From Mustelus asterias (Eukaryota), in NCBI RefSeq assembly GCF_964213995.1, contig NC_135808.1:22630001-22694000 (forward strand): a DNA stretch of 64,000 bases, read 5' to 3'. The translations under genes and the position numbers were made by a program. Under the pieces are notes generated by a model. That model was not told where the DNA came from. It did not search any database and saw only the letters and a list, made by a program, of their open reading frames with translations. This document shows positions 1-10,310 of the stretch, piece after piece. Positions within the stretch are counted from its first letter, which is position 1, and each line of letters begins with the position of its first letter.

Positions 1-870
1 TCACCAAATTGGGACGAATTATTCGATATGCTACAAAATAATAGAACATTAATAAACTTGTAGAATGGGCAAATAATTGGTGAATGGAGTTCAGCACAGA
101 TAAACATGAGGTAGTTTTCTATTAGGGGTGAATAGAGAGGTCACTTATTACTTAGGAGGTGCCGGGCTGGATGGGGTTGAGGAACAAAGGGATTTCGGTT
201 TACGTTAAACCAATCCGCAACAGATTAGGCAAAGCCATGAACAAAATAAATGGAAAATCAGTCTTTATTTCTAGAGGGATAGAATTGTAAAGCACGGAAG
301 TTATTGCTAAACTGTTATCAAATCATGATTAGACCACATTTACAGACTGTGTGCAGTTCCAGTCACCATTTTACAGAAGGGTTTTTACTCACAGGAGAGG
401 ACATAGAGAAGATTTACAGAGATGATTCAAGGAATGAGTGGGTGGACATCTCAGTGAAGGATTGACTGGCTGGGTCTCTGCTCTCAGGAAAACAGAGGGC
501 TGAGGGTTGACCTAATCGAAGATTTAAAATTAGGAAAGGTTTTCATAGACTGGACACAGAAAGAGTGTTTCCTCTTGTGGGAAGAATGTAACTCGGGGTC
601 ATCAATACAAGATGGTCACCAAGAAACACAATAGGGAATTCAAGAGAAACTTATTCACTCAAAGAGTGATGTGAATGTGGAGCTCGCTGCCACAGGGAGT
701 GCTTGAAGTGAACAGTATAGTTTAAGGGGAATGAATGAGGAGGAAATATGTAGTTAAGATGGTCAGTTTCGATGAGGGAAGATGGGAGGAGGATCAAATG
801 GAGCATAAACACCAGCATCAACTAGATGGGCCAAATGGCCAGGTTCTGAGTCAGGTATTCTATGTTTTCT
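1..870 (+). mobile_element. Degenerate CR1-clade LINE 3' part (RT C-terminus + 3'UTR) in the intron before the TM exon of class I gene A
   Basis: Decayed CR1 motifs (e.g. agaccacatttacagactgtgtgcagttcc ~[10 protein letters not shown]; gatgggccaaatggcc tail). Paralogous to ~31470-32670. Confidence 0.75.
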
Positions 871-1019
871 GATTGTCTCTCTCGCTCTCTAATTCACTCT
901 CTCTCCATCATTCTCAGGTTCTCTCTCCTCTCTTCCTCTCACATTCTCTCTCTCTCTCTGATTCTCACTTTTCCCTCTCCCTGATTCACTCAGTCTCTCT
1001 GATTCTCTCTCTCTAACAG

Positions 1020-1124
1020 AACCAAAGTCTCGCTCCCAGGTTGCTGTTACTGTCGGGATTGTGGTCGGGGTCCTCATGCTCATCGCTCTCATCATTATGG
1101 CTGTCGTCATCTACAACAAGAAAG
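1020..1124 (+). CDS. MHC class I gene A, connecting peptide/transmembrane exon ([35 protein letters not shown])
   Basis: Pyrimidine tract + AG at 1018-1019, GT donor at 1125, phase 1/1. Hydrophobic stretch followed by KK. Near-identical to the gene B exon at 32870. Confidence 0.9.
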
Positions 1125-1349
1125 GTAGGAATTGGAGGGAAAAGAGCAGCTCCTTACTGGGGGGAGGGATTGTGGGAGAGTATTCCAGGGTGGGGGGGCT
1201 CAGGCTGTGGGTCTCAGGTTGGTGTGGGGGTCACAGAGTGGATGGAAGAGCCCAGGGTTGGGATAGGGAGGATAAGGGGCTCATGATAAAAGGGAAGAGT
1301 CTGAGAATTGTGGGAAGGGTCTCAGATTGAATGACGAGTTTAGGGTATC

Positions 1350-1630
1350 AGTGAGGGTCCCGGGTCAGTGCGGGAGTGAGGGTCTTCAGTCAGTGTGGGA
1401 GTGAGGGTCTTCAGTCAGTGCGAGAGTGAGGGTCCCCGGTCAGAGGGGAGTGAGGGTCCTGGGTCAGAGGGGGGAGTGAGGGTCCTAGGTCAGAGGCGGA
1501 GTGAGGGTCCCGGCGAAAGAGGGGGAAGTGAGGGTCCCAGGTCAGAAGAGGAATGAGGGTCCCGGGTCACAGGGGGAGTGAGGGTCCCGGTTCACTGTGG
1601 GAGTGAGGGTCCTGGTCAGGGTGAGAGTGA
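1350..1630 (+). repeat. G-rich ~25-bp minisatellite (gggtcagtgcgggagtgagggtccc-like), gene A post-TM intron
   Basis: Visible tandem units. Homologous to the expanded array at 33225-34590. Confidence 0.85.
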
Positions 1631-1736
1631 GGATTTCAGAATTGTGTTGTCGGGGCTCAGTACGAGCGAGAGTTCCAGCCTCTGTCTCTGATTTTCTCTC
1701 AGTCTCGTCACTCACTGAGCATTCCATGTTTTACAG

Positions 1737-1769
1737 GGAGAGGGAAGAGTGACTACAATCCTGCAAATA
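1737..1769 (+). CDS. MHC class I gene A cytoplasmic exon 1 (33 bp; GRGKSDYNPAN)
   Basis: ttttacag acceptor and gtaagc donor, phase 1/1. Tyr-x-x-Ala motif as in the class I exon-6 tail. Confidence 0.85.
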
Positions 1770-1845
1770 GTAAGCTGATCATCAAATATCGTCTCTGCGT
1801 AACTGTGTGAATCACCATTGATTCTGTGTCATATAGTGTGTGTGT

Positions 1846-2181
1846 NNNNNNNNNNNNNNNNNNNNNNNNNNNNNNNNNNNNNNNNNNNNNNNNNNNNNNN
1901 NNNNNNNNNNNNNNNNNNNNNNNNNNNNNNNNNNNNNNNNNNNNNNNNNNNNNNNNNNNNNNNNNNNNNNNNNNNNNNNNNNNNNNNNNNNNNNNNNNNN
2001 NNNNNNNNNNNNNNNNNNNNNNNNNNNNNNNNNNNNNNNNNNNNNNNNNNNNNNNNNNNNNNNNNNNNNNNNNNNNNNNNNNNNNNNNNNNNNNNNNNNN
2101 NNNNNNNNNNNNNNNNNNNNNNNNNNNNNNNNNNNNNNNNNNNNNNNNNNNNNNNNNNNNNNNNNNNNNNNNNNNNNNNNN
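1846..2181. other. Assembly gap (N run) between (GT)n and (CT)n microsatellites
   Basis: 336 consecutive N. Confidence 1.
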
Positions 2182-2489
2182 NCCTCTCGGCCTCTCTCTC
2201 TCGCTCTCAGTCTGTCTGTCTGTATGACTCTTTCTCTGTATCTACCCGAACAGGCAGCTCGGGGATTTTCACAGTAATTTAATTGCAATGTTAATGTAAG
2301 CCTACTTGTGACACCAATAAATTAACTTATAATTATAAATTGCTTTCTCTTTCTCTCTTTTTCTCTCTCACTCTTTCTCTCACTCTCCTTTCTCTCACTC
2401 TCTCTCTCCATCTTTATCTCTCCATATCTCATGCACTGATTTTGTCTGATGACAAACAGTATTTTTAATGCCTCTCCTTCCTTTGACAG

Positions 2490-2536
2490 CTTCTGATAAA
2501 GGGGATTCCACAACCAGCTCCTCCACAGGTTCCTGA
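2490..2536 (+). CDS. MHC class I gene A terminal cytoplasmic exon (TSDKGDSTTSSSTGS*)
   Basis: cctttgacag acceptor. In phase with the previous exon. Ser-rich SD-x-x-x-S class I tail. TGA at 2534-2536. Confidence 0.8.
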
Positions 2537-2954
2537 GATATGAATTCTGTTGATAAATATTGGGAGCTGATCCTTCTACCTGGGATATTCCCGCTGGATT
2601 TAGCTGTACAATCTGGTGGGTGGGCTGTGAGCTCAGTGTCTGTCTCTCGCTGTATCGTCACTAAAGAGCAGCTCATCCAATCCAACACTGAGCTTTGAGA
2701 CTGGCCTTCTGGAGACGGCTGCTCCTGTACAGTCTGAGGGTGGAGACATTGTGGGTGTTGAGGTGTCGAGACACCCGGAAACATCTCACCCTGGACAGCC
2801 TCCGCTAAGCTGCTCAATTTCCTTAGGAAGTCGGAATTCCCAAGAGTTTTCCCTGAAGTTGGTCACTGAGCTGTGTCACTCCCACAGGATTTAACATTTA
2901 ACGTTTTGTGATGGGTTTGATCGTTTTCTGGATGTTTGGGAAGCGGAGTGAATC

Positions 2955-3360
2955 TTAGGGGTTTAGCTGGTGTTTGGAGGTCTGATGGGTTTAGCTGGTG
3001 TTTGGGGCTCTGATGGGTTTAGCTGGTGTTTGGGGGTCTGATGGGTTTAGCTGGTGTTTGGGGCTCTGATGGGTTTAGCCGGTGTTTGGGGATCTGATGG
3101 GTTTAGCTGTGTTTGGGGCTCTGATGGGTTTAGCTGGTGTTTGGGGTCTGATAGGTTTTGCTGGTGTTTGGGAGTCTGACGTGTTTTGCTGGTGTTGGGG
3201 CTCTGATGGGTTCAGCTGGTGTTTGGGGGTCTGATGGATTTTGCTGGTTTTTGGGGCTCTGATGGGTTTTGCTGGTGTTTGGGGGTCTGATGGGATTAGC
3301 TGGTGTTTGGGGGTCTGATGGGATTAGCTGGTGTTTGGAGCTCTGATGGGTTTAGCTAGT
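2955..3360 (+). repeat. 28-bp minisatellite (gggtttagctggtgtttggggctctgat), ~14 units, in gene A 3'UTR
   Basis: Direct tandem repetition. Confidence 0.9.
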
Positions 3361-3385
3361 GTTGTGTGGGTGGAAAGTTGAATTT

Positions 3386-3391
3386 AATAAA
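3386..3391 (+). terminator. Probable polyadenylation signal of gene A (AATAAA)
   Basis: AATAAA directly after the 3'UTR minisatellite. Confidence 0.55.
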
Positions 3392-3399
3392 ATTTATGT

Positions 3400-4860
3400 T
3401 TGACAGCAAGCTCATTCAGCCCATCATGTCCCTGCCTGTTAATGAAGAGCTCTCCAGCCTAATCTCACCTTCCTGTACTCGGTCTGCAGCTCTGTAGATC
3501 ACAGCTCTTCAACTCGACATCCAAGAATTGATTCAATGTGGTGAGAGTTTCTGCCTCTACCATCCTTTCAGACAGAGAGTCCCGGGTCCCTCCCACCCTC
3601 TGGGTGAAAAACTCTTTCCTCATTTCCCACTGATCATTCTAACAATTACTTTAAACCTGTGTCCTCTGGTTTTTGATCCTCTGCTAAGGTAAATGTGTCA
3701 TCTCTATTTACCATGGCTCCTCATAATTATATCCACTCCAAATAAATCTCCCCTCGGCCTCCTCTATTCTCTTTCCTCACAGTGAACATTCTCCAGTCCT
3801 GTCCACATTAAACAATCTCCTCTGCATTCTCTCCAACACAATCACATATTTTGTGTAATGTGCTGACCAGACTGTCTGCAATGCTTCAGCTGTCGTCTAT
3901 CTGGTGTTGTTTGCAGTTCCAGCAAAACTACTCTGTTCTGTGCCTTGGCTAATAAAGGAAGGCATGTAATATACCTTCTTAACTACATTATCAACCTGTC
4001 CTGACACCTTTCCCAATCTGTGGACACGCACTCCTGGGTCCCTCTGTTCCTCCACATTCGTCATTATCCTCCCATTTATTGGGGATTCCCTTTGTTTTGT
4101 TAATCCTCCTGAAATCCATCACCTCTCACTGCTCCGGATTGAATTCCATTTTCCACTGTTCTTCCCAACTGCCCAGACCATCTCCATCTTCCTGCAACCT
4201 GAAGCTTTCCTCCTCATTGTCACCCATACGGACAATTTTTCTAAATCTCTAAACTTCTTCATCATTCTCTCTCCATTTAAATCTAAATCATTCACCTGAA
4301 CCACAAAACGCGAGGGAGTGAGAGCTGGGCCCCATGGATCCCCCACTGGTAACATCATTCCAGTCGCAATAAGCCCCTTAACCCTTTGCTTCCTGCCACT
4401 GAGCTAATTTGGGCTCTGATTTGTCATTGTCTCTTGGATCTCAATGTGTTTTTATATTTCTGACCAGCCTGCCATGTGGGACCTTGTCTAAAACATTAAA
4501 ATCTATGTTGACCACATCCACCTCACTGTCCTCATCAACCCATCCTTCTCACCTCTTCCAAATTTTCAGTTAGTTTAGCCTGAGATAACTTTCCTTGATT
4601 AATCTGTGCGTTTCTAAATGAAGGTTTATGCTGTTCCTCACAATTGATTTCAATAATGTTCCCACCACCGAAGTTACACTAACTGGTGTATAATTACTCA
4701 GATTGCCCCTTCTTCCCTTTTCAATCCATGGTGTGATATTGACAGTCCTTTAATCTTCTTCCACACTCATGTAGCCCGGGAGGAATGATTCTGATGGTCA
4801 GAGCCTCTGCAATTTCCTCCCTTGTTTCTTTTAACCCGGTGATTCACCATCTTTCAAAGT
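3400..4860 (-). mobile_element. Old, degenerate CR1/L2-like LINE fragment
   Basis: The minus strand gives decayed RT motifs (ORF 4119-4358: ...FVVQVNDLDL...KLSVWVT...WN). Confidence 0.6.
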
Positions 4861-6182
4861 TGTAAAATCCATTAATATGTAATCTCTTATGCAGTAATTC
4901 ACACACTTCTTCCTTCATTGCAATGTCAGCATTGCTCCATGTTTCCCAAAGACAGGGGCAATGTATTTATTCACAACCTCACCACATTCCCCACCCTCTC
5001 ACATGCACTTCTTATTGGGCGCCACAAGGCCTTACTCTTTCCTTATCCTTTTCTCTACATGTGCATCCTTGGAGGTTCTTTGTTTTTTCTTGGCAGCATT
5101 TTTATGCCTTTCTTTACTTTCCTGGTTTCCCTTTCAATTTCACCCCTACTCTCTCTGTACTCTTCCAGGTTTCTGCAGTATTAAGCATGAGGGGTCTGAC
5201 GGATCTTGCTGCTGGTATTTGTGGGGGTCAAGTGGATCTGCTGGGTTTTGTTGGGGGGTGTTCCAGCTCTGCTGGGTTTGCCTCCCTCGATAGTGATGTA
5301 TTTCTTTCTCATCCCCAGTGTTCTCCAGTGCCCCAGGGACACCAGTCCCCAAGATCAGCAGCAGGAGTGGATGAGAGAATCAGGAAGGATGTGATTTCAT
5401 CAAGATGATAGCGACTGACTCATTTAGACACTACATATGTGACGCTGTGTAAATGGAACTGTGACGATGGTTTGTCAGGAATTACTCTATCTGGAGCTGC
5501 ACTTCTTAAGCTATTCTGATCTGCACTTGAAAGGCTATTATGATCTGCCCTGTTTCTACAGACTCTCGGAATCTGTCTGGTTCACTCACTGCCAACTCAG
5601 TCACCTGTTACTGCAGTCTGTAACATTGCTGCAATTTCTACAATAAATGTGATTTAGTTTTTCACTTCCTGCCTCTGTAAAGTCTTCAGTACAAAACTAT
5701 CAATGGGGTAGGGTAACACCACTGCAATGGGGAACATTTTAAGACTTTTAAGAACAATTTACCAAAAATGCACATCAAGAGGAATTAATAGCAATAAATT
5801 AGCAGTAAACACATATTTTAAAAGGGAAGATGGTGCTTGTCAAAGCTCCGAGTATTCGTTGAGATGGTAACAGACATGGTGATGGGAAAATGTGATAGAT
5901 ATACTTATATGGACTTTAGAAAAAAGTTACCACATGGGGGTTTATTAGTTAAGATTAAACGAATACTTTGCACATCTCTTCAGCTGGATCACAATGTTCT
6001 TTTCCCATTCCAGCCTCTCATTCCAGATTAAGACCTGGAAGATGCAGGAAGGTGACAACAAGTAACTTTCGTGGTCCTGTCCAGTTCCACCTCCCCAATC
6101 AGTAATTCCTGATTTTAATAACCCACCACACATCCAGGTGCGTGACACATGTCCATTACGTCCAGGTGGAGTTTGGGCTGTC

Positions 6183-6505
6183 GGCGGTGTAGAGGTATTG
6201 TCAGTGGACTAGGAATCCAGAGACACAGGAGAAAGCTCTGGGAACCTGGATTTGAATCCCACCAAGGCAGAGGGTGGAATTTGAACTCAATTAAAGAATA
6301 AAATCTGGAATTAAAAGTCGAATGATGACTATGAAGCCATTGTTGATTGCTGTAAAAACCTATCTTGTTTCATGTTCTTTAGGGAAGGAAATCTGGGGTC
6401 TCTATCTGGTCTGGCCTACAGACCCACAGCAATGTGGTTGACCATTAAATGTCTTCTGAAATTACCCAGCAGGATCAAGGTGGAGGCCGTGCAATGTTCA
6501 TGTTC
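6183..6505 (+). mobile_element. Second tRNA-headed SINE family copy (paralog at ~43665-43960)
   Basis: Degenerate A/B boxes (gatttgaatccc) and body tttagggaaggaaatctg...gacccacagcaatgtggttg, repeated at 43665. Confidence 0.6.
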
Positions 6506-6691
6506 CCAATTCTTCTGCATAACTGTAGCCTTGCCCAGACAGCCCACTGTATTGTTTATTTCTTAATATTCAGTGAAAGGAGCTAAGATGTATTTTAATT
6601 CTCCTTTAATGTTTTAAAGTATTAATTCATATTATTGAATTGATGAATTCCAATTTTGTCTGCCCTTTTATGTTTCTCGAAATTAGTGCTA

Positions 6692-6995
6692 TGGGACGGC
6701 AAGGTGGCACAGTGAATGGCACTGCTGCCTCACAGCACCAGGGACCCGGCTTCTTTTTCCGGCTTGGATCATTGTGCAGAGTCTGTATGTTCTCCCTGTG
6801 AGTGCATGGGTTTCCTCCGGCTATCCGGTTTTCTTCCCACAGTCTGAAAGACAAGCTGGTAAAGTGTATTGGTCATGCTAAATTCTCCCTCAGTGTACCC
6901 TAACAGGCGCCAGAGTGTGGCGACCAGGGGGTTTTCATAGTAACTTCATTGCAGTGTAAATGTAAGCCTATTTGTGACACTAATAAACAAACTTA
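6692..6995 (+). mobile_element. HE1-type tRNA SINE head with alternative tail (…gtaagcctatttgtgacactaataaa)
   Basis: ggtggcacagtg..gcactgctgcctcacagcaccagggacc head. Tail shared with 2252-2325, 8540-8800 and 50715-50925. Confidence 0.8.
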
Positions 6996-8539
6996 AACGT
7001 AATTGGTTAGTGTGTTGACGTCAAGATCTCCCATTCCCAAGCACTCTCGGGAAATAATAAACATCTTTGAAATATCAGAGCCTTTGTACCAAATCGGTGT
7101 CTGCAAATGTTTCCAAATTCTTGTCGCTGCTGGAAAAATTGTTACACTTTTCAGTACTGAACGCAATTGTCACCTGCGCGTGTGTGTGTGTTTCTAAAAC
7201 CAACACAAAAGGCTCATCCTGCTCGGAGCTGAATGGGTTAATTCTAAATTAAAACACGTTTGGTGAAGGAATTCACTGTCACCGCGATTTCAAAAAGTGA
7301 CTGGGTTACAATGTTCTCAGAGTAATGGCGGTTTCAGCAGAACAAAGATATTTCTTCAAGTCTTGTGGATTCACCATTTCAAACTGGATACTTCCGAATA
7401 AAAACCTTGGAGCAAAATGGATTCGAAGATAAAGTCCCAAATGTTCTCCAGGGTGATTTTTTAATGGAGATTTTAAACACAAGAATAATCCATCAACAAT
7501 CACCTTAAATTCCGCTCCTCAATTCAAAATTTCACCGTCGAAATTTAAGAAACGACTCCACTCTGACAGATGTGAATTTGTATCTGGATTAGAAATCCCA
7601 CATGTTTCACCAGCTTCAACAGAGTTTCATTGTAGCCAGTAACAACCTCCCAGTTTCAAAACTTTTAACTGTTCTCCCCCTTTAGACCTAACTATTTTCA
7701 GGAAAACATCAGAGTTGGAGCCGGTCTGAAGGAACAGCAACACAGAGCATTCACACAGCCTTTCCTCATTCACTAACAGGACGTTTACACACTCACATCT
7801 GTACACACAATTCTTTCTCACATCACTTCAAGTTTCACTCTGGATCTTTTCAACATTAAAAACGTGTCTTTTAAAAGGGGATAAAATAAATTCCATCACA
7901 TCTTTTTTCACTAATGTCTGTTGTTGAAATTAAGGGAAAATCGCGTTTCACAAATAACAGAAAAGGAAACATTGAAGATTGTTACATTGAAACAACAGAG
8001 GGCGGAGTTTCCAACAGAGTGTGTTTCAATTCCAAAACTTCTACACATTTTTTCAACCTAAAAAGTAAAACTTGTTTTATTTTCTCAATTCTGGGGACAC
8101 AATCTGAATTTCCTTTCACTCACTCTAATTTCTATTTCACTGGAATTTTCCTGTTTAATTTTTCCCACCCGGAAGCCGAGGATCCGCTTCAGTCACTGTT
8201 TTGATTTAAAACTTATTTTAACTTTCTCTCTTTCCGACAACAGTCAATCCCGCAGCTCATTTTCCATCATCTCAATGGCATTGCCCCAGGTCTGTCTCCC
8301 CGCGGTTACAATCCGGACAACAGCATCAAACTGCCTCAGTTCACGCAGAATTTTCCAACTTCAACACGGACTTCACAGAACATCAACAACCGCGCCCGCG
8401 CCTTCCCCCCGTCTCTCTTTATTGGTTGTCTCAACACAACTCAATCCGACAGTGCAGAAGGAGGCCATTCGGCCCATCGTCTGCACCACTTGCATCAACC
8501 CTCCGAAAGAGCATCTTGCATAAGAGGTGAGTTACTGGG

Positions 8540-8800
8540 GTTGGTGGCACAACGCCAGGGACCCTGCTTCGATTCCTTGTTTTGGTCACTGTTTGCACGG
8601 AGTCTGCATGTTCTCCTCGTATCTGCATGAGATTCTTCCGGGAGCTCCGGACGTGCTGGTTGGATGCACTGGCCATGCTATATTTCTCCCTCAGTGTACT
8701 CGAACAGACACTGGAGTGTGGCAACTGGAGGACTTTCACAGTAACGTCATTACAGTATTAATATAACCCTATGTGTGATAGTAAAACATAAACTTAAAAT
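8540..8800 (+). mobile_element. HE1-type SINE, alternative-tail subfamily
   Basis: Same head and tail as 6692-6995. Confidence 0.75.
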
Positions 8801-9737
8801 TTAAACTATCCACAAAATTCCCAGCCTCTAACCCACTGTTGTAGCTACAGTGTTTATATGGCTGGTTCAGTTCAATTTCTGGTCACTGGTAATCCCCAGG
8901 ATGTTCATAATCAGTCCTCAATGGTTTTCCACATATACCTCAAATAGGACCCCTGGTTCTGGACTCCCCTGCCATCGGGAACATCCTTCCGCATCTAGCC
9001 TGTCTCTTCCTGTTAGAATTGTATAGGTTTTGATGAGATCCTCCTGTCGAAAGAAATACCTGATGAGATCCTCCTCATTCTTCTAAACTCCAGCGAACAC
9101 AATCCTAACTGAGTCAATCTCTCCTCATTTCCACCGAGCTTTGTCGCTGCTGTAAATTTAGATACATTACACTTGGCCTCTTGGTCTGAGTCACGAATAA
9201 AGATTGTAAATGGCTGATTGTCCCAGCACTGATCCTAGTGTTGGCGAACTTGAAAATAGCCCATTTATGACAAATCAATGTTTCTTGTCCATTAACCAAT
9301 CCTCTGTTCTTGCAACAATATTAACCCCAACTCCTGAGCACTGACAAAGGACAAACAGATCAATTCAGTCTGCAGAGATGTGCTTTAGAGGATCGGCTCT
9401 TCACAACAAAGTATAAAGTTTGATAGCATGTAAAAACTTATTCCCTCGGGTTTAGAATGTTGAGGGGTGATCTGATCCATATGTTTATAATGTTAAAATG
9501 ATTCAGCAGTGTGAAATCCACATCCAGTCTCTGCACAAAAAAATGTGAACAATTGGAGCTTTCAAATGTAAGAGTGATAGATTTTTATTGGGGAATAATT
9601 TTATTGGGTAATAATATTATAGTCAGAAGCTGGGGTTGAGATCAGCAGTGATCTAATTGAATGGTTAGCTCAGATCTGCTGCTCTTCTTCATGTCCTTCC
9701 CTTTGTCACTGTATTAAACTCCTTTTGGCTTATTCTA

Positions 9738-9757
9738 CCCGGCAACTGATGATGTTA
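9738..9757 (+). promoter_or_regulatory. Putative MHC X1/X2 box of gene B (CCCGGCAACTGATG-ATGTTA)
   Basis: Close to the MHC X1 consensus CCTAGCAACAGATG, followed by a CRE-like X2. Lies ~500 bp upstream of the ATG. Confidence 0.55.
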
Positions 9758-10070
9758 GAATCATAGAATGAGCCCATTCAAGTCAGCACCAAATCTCAGA
9801 CAGAGCATCTTTACCCAGGCCCCATCCCTGTTACCCTACATATTTACCATGGCTAATCCCCTATCACACACATCTTTAGACAGTAAGGGGCAATTTAGCT
9901 TGGCCTGTCCATCTAACCTGCACATCTTTGGCGTGCAGGAGGAAGCAGGAGTACCAGGAGGATACCCACACAGGGAGAATGTACAAACTCCACACAGACA
10001 GTCACCCAAGGCTGAAATTGACCCTGGGTCCCTGGCGCTGTGAGGCAGCAGTGCTAACCACTGAGCAAAC
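9756..10070 (-). mobile_element. HE1-type SINE inserted in the gene B proximal promoter
   Basis: Reverse complement of the SINE head (gcagcagtgctaaccac) and tagaatcatagaat tail. Confidence 0.85.
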
Positions 10071-10093
10071 ATAATATAACCAGTTGTATTTAC

Positions 10094-10101
10094 CTGATTG
10101 G
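10094..10101 (+). promoter_or_regulatory. MHC Y box (CTGATTGG, inverted CCAAT) of gene B
   Basis: Exact Y-box octamer ~150 bp upstream of the start codon. Confidence 0.65.
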
Positions 10102-10261
10102 AGAATTCTGAATATTGAGGAAGTTTGCCAACCTGTTTTGTGTCTAATCAGATTGCGGCTTCGTGTGAACAGAAAAAGACAGAAGGAACAAGTTGAGAAG
10201 ATCCCCTTTCTTTGGAAAAGAGTTTCCTCCAAAGGTTTCTCCCAACATGAGGGAAGCAGCA

Positions 10262-10310
10262 ATGATTGGACTGATAGAGCTGGTCCTTCTGTGTGGAGAG
10301 GTGTCTGCAG
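10262..10310 (+). CDS. Gene B exon 1, signal peptide [16 protein letters not shown] (in-frame upstream ATG at 10247 adds MREAA)
   Basis: ATG...GCA G|gtgagt. Phase 1 joins to (G)GT TCT CAC = GSH. V-S-A cleavage motif. Confidence 0.8.

Noticed and set aside
1812-2288. ORFs of 133-158 aa
   Set aside because: They are open only because they span the N gap.
2955-3360. AGCT-containing G-rich repeat as an Ig switch-like region
   Set aside because: Short, located in a class I 3'UTR, with no Ig segments or RSS seen in the window.
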